Assembly: GCF_054482525.1 (NCBI RefSeq)
Contig: NZ_JBTHVG010000003.1
Direction: 5' to 3' (one strand)
Length of the DNA: 64,000 bases
Source of the DNA: a plasmid
The translations under genes and the position numbers were made by a program. Positions 49,585 through 59,606 of the stretch are shown here, piece by piece. Within the stretch, counting starts at the first letter, position 1. Each line of letters begins with the position of its first letter. The notes beneath the pieces are model-generated. The model was not told the DNA's origin and made no database searches. It saw only the letters and a list, made by a program, of their open reading frames with translations.

Positions 49585-52041
49585 TTATTTTAATTCTTCA
49601 ATGTTAATCATGAACTCAGATCTGCCAGTAAGGCCGGATACAGCAGGGAAAATAGGAAAGCTACGGCTGTCCCCGAGCCCCAAATCCAGTTGAAGCTCTT
49701 TGCTTTCACCTGGCATCGCAGAAACGCCATTTACAGTCACGCCGAATGCAGCGTCCTTACGGACAGTAAGCACTGCGTCCTGAAGCCCTGTAGCGATTGA
49801 ACCATCCTTTTTACGCAGCTGGCTGGCATACAGAACAGCCAGAGCAGTATTGTCAGATGTTTTGAGAGAAGCATTGACAGCTAAGGTTTTCAGATTCTCT
49901 AGCCTGACGAGATTGTTTGGAAGGTAGTTAAATTCGACTGAGCTTTCTTTAACGTTGTTCATCTCATCTTTGGCCTGAACTGTGAGAGTGTATGTTTCGC
50001 CTTCATTAAGAGACGGAAAGATCTTGGGATAATTAGGTGCATACAGGTTGTTTCCCAGATTCACCCAAGACAATTCCACCGCATCAGAAACAGGGCCACC
50101 GCGAAGAGTCATACGGCTTAAGGATGGTTTAGTTAGAGCATCGGTGAGCTGTATACGGACGTTCTCCAGCCCATATACTGTTACGTTTTTGCTGATCGGT
50201 TTTCCTTCGTAGCTAATACTTACAGATGGTGCTGTATTATCAACGACAACTGTTTGATAAGGGAGGTTACCGGTATTGTTGAATGTATCTTGGGCATTAA
50301 TCACCACGTTATAACTGCCTTCTGGTACCTCTTTCATGTTGAACTCATACGTGTAGTTCCCAGACGCCATATTTCTACCTGTTTGTTTGCCGGTTACGCT
50401 TATTTCTGCGTTGTTACGGTTTTTATCTGACAACCAAACTCGATTTACATAAACATGGTCGAAATATGAACCATCTCCAGGTTGATTCACGTAAACCTGG
50501 AGAATGTTGGTGGTTTCATTGTAATCAAATCCAGTGACGGAGGGACCCAGTGTATGCCAGGCTATATTCTCCCATATAGGGGCAAAGAAGGTTGCTTCGG
50601 TGGTTGACCTTACTTCATAGCCACTATGAAGATAACCGGTAGTGCCATTTATAATATCCTGGGGCAAAGAGACGGTACAGGTTGTTGAGCCAGCTGGAAT
50701 ACTGCATGTTGCTCCGCCAGTGATTTTTTGATCATATGGCCTGGCCTGTACATTGAATCGGATATTAGTAAGTTTTATAGGCATATCAGATGCCTTGAAC
50801 AGGTTCCAGTTTACGCTGTTGAACCATGTTCCATCAGCCTTTTGTCGTTCTATGGGTGAACTTCCCCAAGCCGGACTCTTTACAGAGGCAGGATCCCAGT
50901 TGAGCCAGCTGGCATACTGACCAAGATCTCCTCCAGACCATTGATATGTATTCACAGGTCTATAGTAGTTTCCATCTAAGGCACCCTGTGGCAGCTTAAC
51001 TTCCACGTAGACATAGGTGGCATCTTCGGAAAGGACCTGTACTCCGCCATAGTTATTGGTAATGCTCATGCCACCATTTCGATATGGCTTCCAGTTAGTT
51101 CTTGGGATACGTATAACCAACTTGTAGGGGTTTTCCAGCACTGTAAGGCCTCGTTTAAACGGGACGTATCCCGAAGAAATGCCGGGTACAACACTGGTGC
51201 TTACACGTGAGTCATGAACTGCAAATGGCGTAAATTCTCCCATTTGATCGTCATATAAAAACCGCTGGGGAGGAATGTTAAGCGTATTTCCTGCCAGGTC
51301 CGTAACGATGAAATTGAAGGTGAATTCTTCATCAAGATCACTTGAGGGCATGCCAGCCTGGGTGTTCATATCTTTAATCCACGGATAGACCGCACGTTTA
51401 TTGGCTGTGTCATAACTCAGGTTATTGTCGGAGACCACAGAACCATTACTTCGTTTAATGACAAGACGGATCTTGTCAATTCCACTAGCATCCTCAATAC
51501 CGTCTGCAAATATAGAAAACTGGCCACTACCGCCTCGGCCCAACTCCCAAAGTGGCCCAGAAAGTACCATGTCGTAACCTGCGTTTTGACTCGGATAAAT
51601 ACTCTTATAGCGTGGAGGAGTTGTATCAACGATGAAATGATAAGTAGATGTGCTCACTACAGTCTGGCGAATATCCAGAGTTTCATTGACTACAGTAAAG
51701 GTCCCTTCTCCGAGCGCCGGTAGAACCATATCCTTTCCATAGTATTCTGTTCCATCGGCAGCAACGATACGATCTGCAACGCTCGTTTTGGTCGAGACGG
51801 AGGAATACATAACCTTTTTATCGCTGTCTCGTGTGACCGTCACTCGCTCGTACCGATCAAGACCCGATATCAAGTTCAGAGTCAAAACACCAGCGGGATT
51901 AAGATATGTTTGTGTTGCAGGTTTGATATTCCGAACAGCCTTATTGGTATCTGTAAATGAGTAGCTAAATACCTGAGCATGTGCCGAAGATACAGTAGCA
52001 AGGGCAGTTGCAACCATGCAGCCAATTAGAGTTTTACGCAT
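49585..52041 (-). CDS. large secreted protein, paralog C
   Basis: Signal peptide 'MRKTLIGCMVATALATVSSAHA', 818 aa, blocks shared with A and B; ATG with GGAG RBS; two palindromic motif copies 150-235 bp upstream. Confidence 0.6.
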   Translation of the reverse strand: MRKTLIGCMVATALATVSSAHAQVFSYSFTDTNKAVRNIKPATQTYLNPAGVLTLNLISGLDRYERVTVTRDSDKKVMYSSVSTKTSVADRIVAADGTEYYGKDMVLPALGEGTFTVVNETLDIRQTVVSTSTYHFIVDTTPPRYKSIYPSQNAGYDMVLSGPLWELGRGGSGQFSIFADGIEDASGIDKIRLVIKRSNGSVVSDNNLSYDTANKRAVYPWIKDMNTQAGMPSSDLDEEFTFNFIVTDLAGNTLNIPPQRFLYDDQMGEFTPFAVHDSRVSTSVVPGISSGYVPFKRGLTVLENPYKLVIRIPRTNWKPYRNGGMSITNNYGGVQVLSEDATYVYVEVKLPQGALDGNYYRPVNTYQWSGGDLGQYASWLNWDPASVKSPAWGSSPIERQKADGTWFNSVNWNLFKASDMPIKLTNIRFNVQARPYDQKITGGATCSIPAGSTTCTVSLPQDIINGTTGYLHSGYEVRSTTEATFFAPIWENIAWHTLGPSVTGFDYNETTNILQVYVNQPGDGSYFDHVYVNRVWLSDKNRNNAEISVTGKQTGRNMASGNYTYEFNMKEVPEGSYNVVINAQDTFNNTGNLPYQTVVVDNTAPSVSISYEGKPISKNVTVYGLENVRIQLTDALTKPSLSRMTLRGGPVSDAVELSWVNLGNNLYAPNYPKIFPSLNEGETYTLTVQAKDEMNNVKESSVEFNYLPNNLVRLENLKTLAVNASLKTSDNTALAVLYASQLRKKDGSIATGLQDAVLTVRKDAAFGVTVNGVSAMPGESKELQLDLGLGDSRSFPIFPAVSGLTGRSEFMINIEELK

Positions 52042-52194
52042 ATGATGCTCCGGGAATAGGTTATAGCCTTATTCTACGGATTCAGCCTACAAGGTCCGGT
52101 CGGATAAAGTGATAATTTGCCTGTTAAAAGAGACATCAAGTGAGAAAGCAACCAACGTACAGAATGCAAAATGGCGGCAGTGCATCTGGATGAC

Positions 52195-52211
52195 GCAAAA
52201 GTAACTTTTTG
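52195..52211. promoter_or_regulatory. palindromic motif copy (gcaaaagtaactttttg)
   Basis: Read directly; 5' of paralog C. Confidence 0.4.
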
Positions 52212-52259
52212 TATCCACTTTTTTGGATTTTAGCCTTCAAAATGAGTATTCAACCAATC

Positions 52260-52275
52260 ATAAAAGTAACTTTTG
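52260..52275. promoter_or_regulatory. palindromic motif copy (ataaaagtaacttttg)
   Basis: Read directly; second copy 5' of paralog C. Confidence 0.4.
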
Positions 52276-52535
52276 ATAGACGCTGCTCCTTTATGTTTGC
52301 CAATTGTGCTGATATGTTTGTAAATTCAAGGAAGCGAGATTTTAAAAGCATCTGTTGAGTCAAATTTATGTAAAATAACAGGGAAACCATCACTTCTAGG
52401 TTGAGGAAACCCAATGTTATACATGCTCTTATGCTGTTTTCTGATAGACTGGCCCCCTGAATCTCCAGACAACCAATATCACTTAAATAAGTGATAGTCT
52501 TAATACTAGTTTTTAGACTAGTCATTGGAGAGCAG

Positions 52536-52901
52536 ATGATTGATGTCTTAGGACCGGAGAAACGCAGACGGCGTACTACACAGGAAAAGATCGCTATTGT
52601 TCAGCAGAGCTTTGAACCGGGAATGACGGTCTCCCTTGTTGCCCGGCAACACGGTGTGGCAGCCAGCCAGTTATTTCTCTGGCGCAAGCAATACCAGGAG
52701 GGAAGTCTTACTGCTGTGGCCGCAGGAGAACAGGTCGTTCCTGCCTCTGAACTTGCTGCTGCCATGAAGCAGATTAAAGAACTCCAGCGCCTGCTCGGCA
52801 AAAAAACGATGGAAAATGAACTCCTTAAAGAAGCCGTTGAATACGGGCGTGCAAAAAAGTGGATAGCGCACGCGCCCTTATTGCCCGGGGATGGGGAGTA
52901 A
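52536..52901 (+). CDS. insC: IS2 InsC (OrfA)
   Basis: '[26 protein letters not shown]...' recognised as IS2 OrfA. Confidence 0.85.
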
Positions 52902-53764
52902 GCTTAGTCAGCCGTTGTCTCCGGGTGTCGCGTGCGCAGTTGCACGTCATTCTCAGACGAACCGATGACTGGAAAGATGGTCGCCGCAGCCGTCACTCAG
53001 ATGATACGGATGTGCTTCTCCGTATACACCATGTTATCGGAGAGCTGCCCACGTATGGTTATCGTCGGGTATGGGCGCTGCTTCGCAGACAGGCCGAACT
53101 TGATGGTATGCCTGCTATCAATGCCAAACGTGTTTACCGGATCATGCGCCAGAATGCGCTGTTGCTTGAGCGAAAAACCGCTGTACCGCCATCGAAACGG
53201 GCACATACTGGCAAAGTGGCCGTGAAAGAAAGCAATCAACGATGGTGCTCTGACGGGTTCGAGTTCCGCTGTGATAACGGAGAAAAACTGCGAGTCACGT
53301 TCGCGCTGGACTGCTGTGACCGTGAGGCACTGCACTGGGCAGTCACTACGGGCGGCTTCGACAGTGAAACAGTACAGGACGTAATGCTGGGAGCGGTGGA
53401 ACGCCGCTTCGGCAACGAGCTTCCGGCGTCTCCAGTAGAGTGGCTGACGGATAATGGTTCATGCTACCGGGCTAATGAAACACGGCAGTTTGCCCGGATG
53501 TTGGGGCTTGAACCGAAGAACACGGCGGTGCGGAGTCCGGAGAGTAACGGCATAGCAGAGAGCTTCGTGAAAACGATAAAGCGTGACTACATCAGTATCA
53601 TGCCTAAACCAGACGGGTTAACGGCAGCAAAGAACCTTGCAGAGGCGTTCGAGCATTATAACGAATGGCATCCGCATAGTGCACTGGGTTATCGCTCGCC
53701 ACGGGAATATCTACGGCAGCGGGCCAGTAATGGGTTAAGTGATAACAGGTGTCTGGAAATATAG
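52859..53764 (+). CDS. insD: IS2 InsD (OrfB)
   Basis: 301-aa ORF overlapping insC 3' end; recognised as IS2 OrfB. Confidence 0.85.
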
Positions 53765-53918
53765 GGGCAAATCCATCTGATGCTCAACAGTACATTCGTT
53801 ATGTTCAGAGCAATGTCTGCAATAAGTAAAGGATCCGCTAAAGAAAACCGGTCTGAAATATCGCTGATAGTCCTAGCAACACTTGGAATCGCATCACCAT
53901 TCAGGTAATGACTCCAAC

Positions 53919-54422
53919 TTATTGATAGTGTTTTATGTTCAGATAATGCCCGATGACTTTGTCATGCAGCTCCACCGATTTTGAAAACGACAGCGACTTC
54001 CGTCCCAGCCGTGCCAGGTGCTGCCTCAGATTCAGGTTATGCCGCTCAATTCGCTGCGTATATCGCTTGCTGATTACGTGCAGCTTTCCCTTCAGGCGGG
54101 ATTCATACAGCGGCCAGCCATCCGTCATCCATATCACCACGTCAAAGGGTGACAGCAGGCTCATAAGACGCCCCAGCGTCGCCATAGTGCGTTCACCGAA
54201 TACGTGCGCAACAACCGTCTTCCGGAGCCTGTCATACGCGTAAAACAGCCAGCGCTGGCGCGATTTAGCCCCGACGTATCCCCACTGTTCGTCCATTTCC
54301 GCGCAGACGATGACGTCACTGCCCGGCTGTATGCGCGAGGTTACCGACTGCGGCCTGAGTTTTTTAAGTGACGTAAAATCGTGTTGAGGCCAACGCCCAT
54401 AATGCGGGCGGTTGCCCGGCAT
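53919..54422 (-). CDS. insB: IS1 InsB
   Basis: 167-aa ORF overlapping insA end. Confidence 0.85.
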
Positions 54423-54616
54423 CCAACGCCATTCATGGCCATATCAATGATTTTCTGGTGCGTACCGGGTTGAGAAGCGGTGTAAGTGAACTGCAGTTGC
54501 CATGTTTTACGGCAGTGAGAGCAGAGATAGCGCTGATGTCCGGCGGTGCTTTTGCCGTTACGCACCACTCCGTCAGTAGCTGAACAGGAGGGACAGCTGA
54601 TAGAAACAGAAGCCAC
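54341..54616 (-). CDS. insA: IS1 InsA
   Basis: 91-aa '[43 protein letters not shown]...'. Confidence 0.9.
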
Positions 54617-54688
54617 TGGAGCACCTCAAAAACACCATCATACACTAAATCAGTAAGTTGGCAGCATCACCCACCATTCATTGTCGCA

Positions 54689-55153
54689 ATGATTACTATT
54701 AATGAAAGTATGACATCTAAAACAGTAACAGATTTTTCTTTGGGTGCTCAGTGGTACGGAATGGTTTCAGCGGTAGCGCTAATGGGGTTATATGCTCGAC
54801 GCGTTTGGAAAGAGAAGAAGTCCTTATTTACTGGCGCTTTCCTGGCCTCTTCCTTAATGGCCTTTATTTTTACTGACAGCCTTGTTTTCGTATCCCAGAA
54901 GGACACCGGCGTTCTGGCTACTTTCGTACTCGATAAAAACGCTGGAGATATTGATTGTAGTCGCCCGGCTATGATTGTCCATTACAGTAAAGGTGTTCCA
55001 ACGGACTGGCGTTGCCCAACCAGTATCATGTTGATGGCGTATTCTTCATATCCTTTTTTACCCTGGCCTGAGTATAGCCATGGTACCAGCCAGTCTCTTA
55101 CGGTTGTTATTGATACATTTATGGAAAACGCTGTTAATCTCAGCCAAAAATAA
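54689..55153 (+). CDS. membrane hypothetical protein (ORF begins 18 bp after IS1 end)
   Basis: ORF with hydrophobic helix; followed by hairpin terminator; 5' region may have been disrupted by IS1. Confidence 0.35.
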   Translation: MITINESMTSKTVTDFSLGAQWYGMVSAVALMGLYARRVWKEKKSLFTGAFLASSLMAFIFTDSLVFVSQKDTGVLATFVLDKNAGDIDCSRPAMIVHYSKGVPTDWRCPTSIMLMAYSSYPFLPWPEYSHGTSQSLTVVIDTFMENAVNLSQK

Positions 55154-55157
55154 AAAA

Positions 55158-55185
55158 TAAACCTCACTAGTGAGAGGTTTTATAA
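55158..55185 (+). terminator. rho-independent terminator-like hairpin
   Basis: aacctcactagtgagaggtt stem followed by tttat. Confidence 0.45.
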
Positions 55186-55210
55186 ACCTGAGCCACCAAT
55201 CTAATTAACT

Positions 55211-55492
55211 CTATATTTTTGTTTTAGCTTTTTTAAAGATAGACTTACCGAATAAAACAGCAATTATAGAGCAAAGGCCTGGCGTTAGGACAAAAGCTAA
55301 TAATGCACTGCCAAAACTTGTCATTTCAGGCACCAGGAACCAGCTGATAGGCCACGTCAGGGCTGGTAAATTTAGCGGATCATAAAGCGCATGTAGAGCG
55401 CTTAACACACAGTAAAGTGCTAAAAAGCAAACTAGATAAACAACGATCCACATTTTAATTTGCTCAGCAATTTCAAATTTTGGACTGCCCAT
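55211..55492 (-). CDS. small membrane hypothetical protein
   Basis: ORF with hydrophobic helices. Confidence 0.35.
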   Translation of the reverse strand: MGSPKFEIAEQIKMWIVVYLVCFLALYCVLSALHALYDPLNLPALTWPISWFLVPEMTSFGSALLAFVLTPGLCSIIAVLFGKSIFKKAKTKI

Positions 55493-55934
55493 GCTTTACC
55501 TCAGTGGCTGAATATTGATGGTTAATATCTTTAATCACCCGTAAGCACTTAGTGCATACCTTAGTTCGATTTGTCTGCTTGTCCAGAGTGTATTTAACTT
55601 CAAGTTGACCTCCAGCATTAAGCAAAGTGAGCATCTCATCTTCTAACACGCTTCGGTAAATGGTCTTGGCCGAGAGTGTGCCCGGTAACGAGTACTCAAC
55701 ATAATTGTTTGAAACTCTTACCGATTTAGGGATTTTACCACTGAGCTGGGTTTCATTCGTTGAAGGCATTACAGTTACTTTAATCACAGTTGCCGGTGAC
55801 CAGAAATCCTGATAACGCACTTTATGAATTTTATCAGCTCTAAGGCCTAACCACACATTTCCGGCGATAAGAACAATAAGCAATCCATAAACTGATCGTC
55901 GAATGTTACGCCTTTTAATCACAATGTCCCCCAT
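55473..55934 (-). CDS. membrane-anchored hypothetical protein
   Basis: ORF with N-terminal TM. Confidence 0.35.
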   Translation of the reverse strand: MGDIVIKRRNIRRSVYGLLIVLIAGNVWLGLRADKIHKVRYQDFWSPATVIKVTVMPSTNETQLSGKIPKSVRVSNNYVEYSLPGTLSAKTIYRSVLEDEMLTLLNAGGQLEVKYTLDKQTNRTKVCTKCLRVIKDINHQYSATEVKHGQSKI

Positions 55935-56155
55935 CCCTCAAATATCATTCTAAATAACTGCACCAGGATATCATGAGCGTAATTAATAGAATTCTTCATA
56001 ACCGGGGTTTTCAGTTGAGTTTGCGGACTCTTTACTTTGCGGTTTCTCACCCTCTAGTTGAGTATCCCTGACAGGCTTGGATTTACCCATGCTCCTCTGA
56101 AAGGTATCCATAACAAACTCAATATCTTCTTCTGGCAGGCTGGTGGGTTGGTTGC

Positions 56156-57847
56156 TCATAGGACTTCCTCTTGTTGAATACGTTCGGCGTACAGGATGCG
56201 AACCGAAACGGTCGTGTTTTCAAACTCGTTCTCAAAAACGTCCATCCATTCCGTCCGGAATTCTTCCCCCAAAAGGTTATCGAGCCCCTGAAGAGATAAT
56301 GGAAGAACGGCTGCTAGAGATCCCCCGGCTGCGAGATGAGATGCAGCTGCCTGGAGATGCAGCCTGGCCCGGTTATCGGCAAAAGGTGGGTTCATCACGA
56401 CATAATCAAACTTCTTCTGTTGATTAGACTTAGACCATGTGAGGAAGTCAGCTTCTGTCGTATCGTATCCCTTAGCCCGGGAGATAAGGCAATTCAAAGT
56501 ATCAAGCTCGATGCCAGTAACGATCACACCGGCAGGGAATGATTTAAGCAAATCCGCATGGCCAATATTAGGCTCCAGGAGGGTATCCCCTTCCCCTGCA
56601 CCAAGCAGGGAAGATACATATTCGCTGATTCGGCAAGATGAAGGGTAAAACTGATGCGATACAATATCAGGCATCTCCCCTATCTGGCCGATGTAACGAA
56701 TAACCTCACACGGATCATAGGAAAATGTCACATCGTATTTTGTTACTGTTGCCCCTAAGAACCGAAGGGTGTCAGCGGCAACACTCGAAGATTTGCGTTC
56801 GGCGAGAGACCCTAAAGATGTCCAGCAACTCCATTTATTGTCCCCGTCATTTTTAAACATCAGTTCAGAAAGCTGCATCCGGGTATCAAAGTCGATGCAC
56901 TGCTTAAGTACAGGGAATGCCTCCAAAGATTTCTTGCTATGAGCCATACGGTCGGCAGGTAATGCCAGCGGTACGATAGCTGATAAAATATTGTTAAGCC
57001 GCTCGGCGATATCAGGGTGGACGTCAATATGCATTGATCCATTTTTGTAAACCCTGAAACGAATACTGTTGCCATCGATGCAGATCCATTTTCTGAACCC
57101 CTCATGTTCGACCAACGCCTCAACCAATGATTTGGTGTTATGGATCGCCTTCACCTGTTCGCCACGGAAGAATGCGCATATAACGCGGAGCTCGCTCAGC
57201 GGTGAAATGCCAGACTCTTTAAAATCCACCCTTAATTTCTGCCAGGGGTATTTAGACGGCTCGCAAACTCCGGTAGTGATCATGCGGGTGGAGAACCCAA
57301 AAGCTTTGTTTGTCTTGTGACTGCGGCTCAGAGACTGGAAGACGTCGTAAACCCTTTCTTTAATAAATTGATTGCGGTCATTAAGCAAAGCAACGACTGT
57401 GCCCACTACAGCGTCAGCTGTGAAATCAGGGATCACCTGAGGCGGCATAATATAACGGTCGGCCGTAAACTGCTTATCCCATTCGTTACGTTTGGCATCC
57501 GACATGATAGGCAAAACATCAGTGAGTGCCATAACGCATTTCCAGTATTCTGATCTCAGAGCGTTTTCTGCGAACAAAGCATCCGCTTCTGAGATGCTGT
57601 GGTTGTAGCCTGAGAGATAAGAATAAAGTTTCTGGTGATTGTGGGTTTTGAACTGGACAGCCATGAGTTTCAACAAGCAGAGTTCATCATTATAGGACTC
57701 AACAAGATCCGCGATAATGCCGAGCTCTTTGCGCATATCTGGAAGAAATGTTTCAGGAGAGCTAACCACCAGGCTATGAGAGGTTGTTAAAGCCAGTACG
57801 CTGTGACCTGCATTATCGGGTTTAGCTTCAGAATCAAGAGATGACAT
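56156..57847 (-). CDS. N6-adenine DNA methyltransferase-like protein with ~380-aa N-terminal extension (long form)
   Basis: C-terminal 'ITGIEL' and 'DYVVMNPPF' motifs paralogous to 39005-39829. Confidence 0.6.
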   Translation of the reverse strand: MSSLDSEAKPDNAGHSVLALTTSHSLVVSSPETFLPDMRKELGIIADLVESYNDELCLLKLMAVQFKTHNHQKLYSYLSGYNHSISEADALFAENALRSEYWKCVMALTDVLPIMSDAKRNEWDKQFTADRYIMPPQVIPDFTADAVVGTVVALLNDRNQFIKERVYDVFQSLSRSHKTNKAFGFSTRMITTGVCEPSKYPWQKLRVDFKESGISPLSELRVICAFFRGEQVKAIHNTKSLVEALVEHEGFRKWICIDGNSIRFRVYKNGSMHIDVHPDIAERLNNILSAIVPLALPADRMAHSKKSLEAFPVLKQCIDFDTRMQLSELMFKNDGDNKWSCWTSLGSLAERKSSSVAADTLRFLGATVTKYDVTFSYDPCEVIRYIGQIGEMPDIVSHQFYPSSCRISEYVSSLLGAGEGDTLLEPNIGHADLLKSFPAGVIVTGIELDTLNCLISRAKGYDTTEADFLTWSKSNQQKKFDYVVMNPPFADNRARLHLQAAASHLAAGGSLAAVLPLSLQGLDNLLGEEFRTEWMDVFENEFENTTVSVRILYAERIQQEEVL

Positions 57848-57978
57848 TTTACCGGTCCTTTAGAAAAAACTTTTACCAGGATAGCAACGTCGCTCAGTAA
57901 CCTAATAGGTTCAGTGACACGAAAAAGTTTTTTATGTCTCTGAATAAAACTTAAAGATGTCAACTCATAGAAAGAAGC

Positions 57979-58008
57979 AAAAAAAAAGCCCCGCATAAAC
58001 GGGGCAAG
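57979..58008 (-). terminator. rho-independent terminator (minus strand)
   Basis: gccccg-cataaa-cggggc stem followed on the minus strand by a T-run, 3' of the ParB-like gene. Confidence 0.55.
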
Positions 58009-58094
58009 AACGATACATGGAGGTTTAAAAAAGGCGGGCAAAAAGCCTGAATCCTTAATGACTCTGACAAAACCAGCACTTTGCCAAAAGTAAA

Positions 58095-59258
58095 TTATTC
58101 TGCGTCCGGCTGTGGGTCAGTATCCTGATCGGTCTCTTCCCCTGCCTTCTTAGCATTTTTTTTACGTGGGTATTTTGGCTTCTCACCATTAAGTTTTGCC
58201 TGACGATTCTCCGCACGGCGAAGCTGCTTGTTCTCTGATTCTGTGATCTCTTTTGAAAGATTTCTCAACATCTCCAGAGTACTGCGGTTCAACGTAATGT
58301 TGATTTCTTCGTCAGCACTTGAATCTGTCAGCTCCGGCAATTCAATATCCCCCAGTTTCTGTAATAAGCTGGTGGTGATGAGTTTGACGCCTTCTACGGC
58401 TTTTGTGGCAATAACCGGCGGAATCCGTGCTGGCTTGAAGTCTGAAGGTCTGACTCGTACCTGACCATGTTGGGTTTTTTTCACCGTGATGCCATTCGCA
58501 TCGGCCTGCTCAAGTTCTGCGATCATCTTCTTGATACGTGAAATTGCTTCTGTTTCGCCGAGCTCATCGATCAGTGAAAGCACGTTAACATACGAAATAG
58601 CGTCAGCATGAATCCATTTCTTGATAACAACAGAACAGGTTGTCAGGCGGATAAGAGAACTGATGGTCGTCGGGCTTTTATTTTCACGTTGAGCAATTCG
58701 TTCGAGTGACCAGCCAGCAAGAGAATGTAGGCGACGATAGGACTCGCCAAGCGCAACAGGAGAAAGCGCAAGACCACGGTTACCATCAATGGTCGCGAGC
58801 TCACAGCCAATTTCATCTTCTTTAATCTCAACGCAAAGGATTGTGATGTCATGATCTTCATCACATGCCATCATTGCGGCTTTTAAACGGCAGTGCCCCT
58901 GGCGAACAAAAGGTACCCCATCAATGACACGTACTCGGATAGGGTCTACATAGTCACCTCGAATGTAGGCATTCTTGATGTTGTAGATGTGTTCTTCAAC
59001 CTCAGGGAGCTTATAGTAATCGTCACCCATTCCCATTTCGCGGGAGTTGAAGCCTGGCGTGACCTGAATTACTGAAGGGTGGATAGCCCATGCTTTCTGG
59101 TCACTTACTTCAGTACAAAGTTCAGGGTTTGCATCACGGAACTGTTTAAGCCCAGTGACGTAACGGCCTGTGCCAGTAACTACTGAAAAGGCAACATGGG
59201 CCGTTTTAAAGACCTTGTCATTAGCTTGCTGTGTAGGTTCTGTCAGTAAAACACTCAT
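58095..59258 (-). CDS. ParB-like nuclease-domain protein (paralog 2)
   Basis: 'VPFVRQGHCRLKAA' ParB/Srx motif, HTH-like segment, basic/acidic C-terminal tail. Confidence 0.6.
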   Translation of the reverse strand: MSVLLTEPTQQANDKVFKTAHVAFSVVTGTGRYVTGLKQFRDANPELCTEVSDQKAWAIHPSVIQVTPGFNSREMGMGDDYYKLPEVEEHIYNIKNAYIRGDYVDPIRVRVIDGVPFVRQGHCRLKAAMMACDEDHDITILCVEIKEDEIGCELATIDGNRGLALSPVALGESYRRLHSLAGWSLERIAQRENKSPTTISSLIRLTTCSVVIKKWIHADAISYVNVLSLIDELGETEAISRIKKMIAELEQADANGITVKKTQHGQVRVRPSDFKPARIPPVIATKAVEGVKLITTSLLQKLGDIELPELTDSSADEEINITLNRSTLEMLRNLSKEITESENKQLRRAENRQAKLNGEKPKYPRKKNAKKAGEETDQDTDPQPDAE

Positions 59259-59535
59259 AGGGGCTCCGTTACATTTTTCTGCTTACTTTCTGCGTAGCGG
59301 GGATACTACCGAAAAAAAAATTCATAATTTTTCGCAAAAAAGGTACTTTTTGAGCCTATTCTGATTTTTTACAAAAAAAGGTGGCTCCCCATTACTTGTG
59401 ATGGCATAAAAATCGCTTCATAAACAAATACATAAATCCAAAACATAAAGTTCAGGTATAAGTGAGGAAAAATCTTATAAATCCGAAATGCTGAAAGTCA
59501 AAACTGTGCGTCTTAAACAACTTTTTTTTGCTCCC

Positions 59536-59550
59536 TAAGTTATTAGTTAA
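59536..59550 (+). promoter_or_regulatory. box variant (ctaagttattagtta) upstream of Dam-like gene
   Basis: ~60-75 nt 5' of the Dam-family gene start. Confidence 0.3.
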
Positions 59551-59606
59551 AGCCCGTGGTTAGGTACGATACCAGCACCTAAATTTCTCTCTCAGGTATA
59601 GACACT

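Larger units (their letters stand above)
52445..53775 (+). mobile_element. IS2 (IS3 family), complete
   Basis: 1331 bp from tagactggccccctgaatctcc to ataggggcaaatcca; 5-bp target duplication TCTGA on both flanks. Confidence 0.9.
53904..54671 (-). mobile_element. IS1, complete
   Basis: 768 bp with ends ggtaatgactccaacttattgatag and ggtgatgctgccaacttactgat (as reverse complement); 9-bp target duplication CACCATTCA. Confidence 0.9.
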
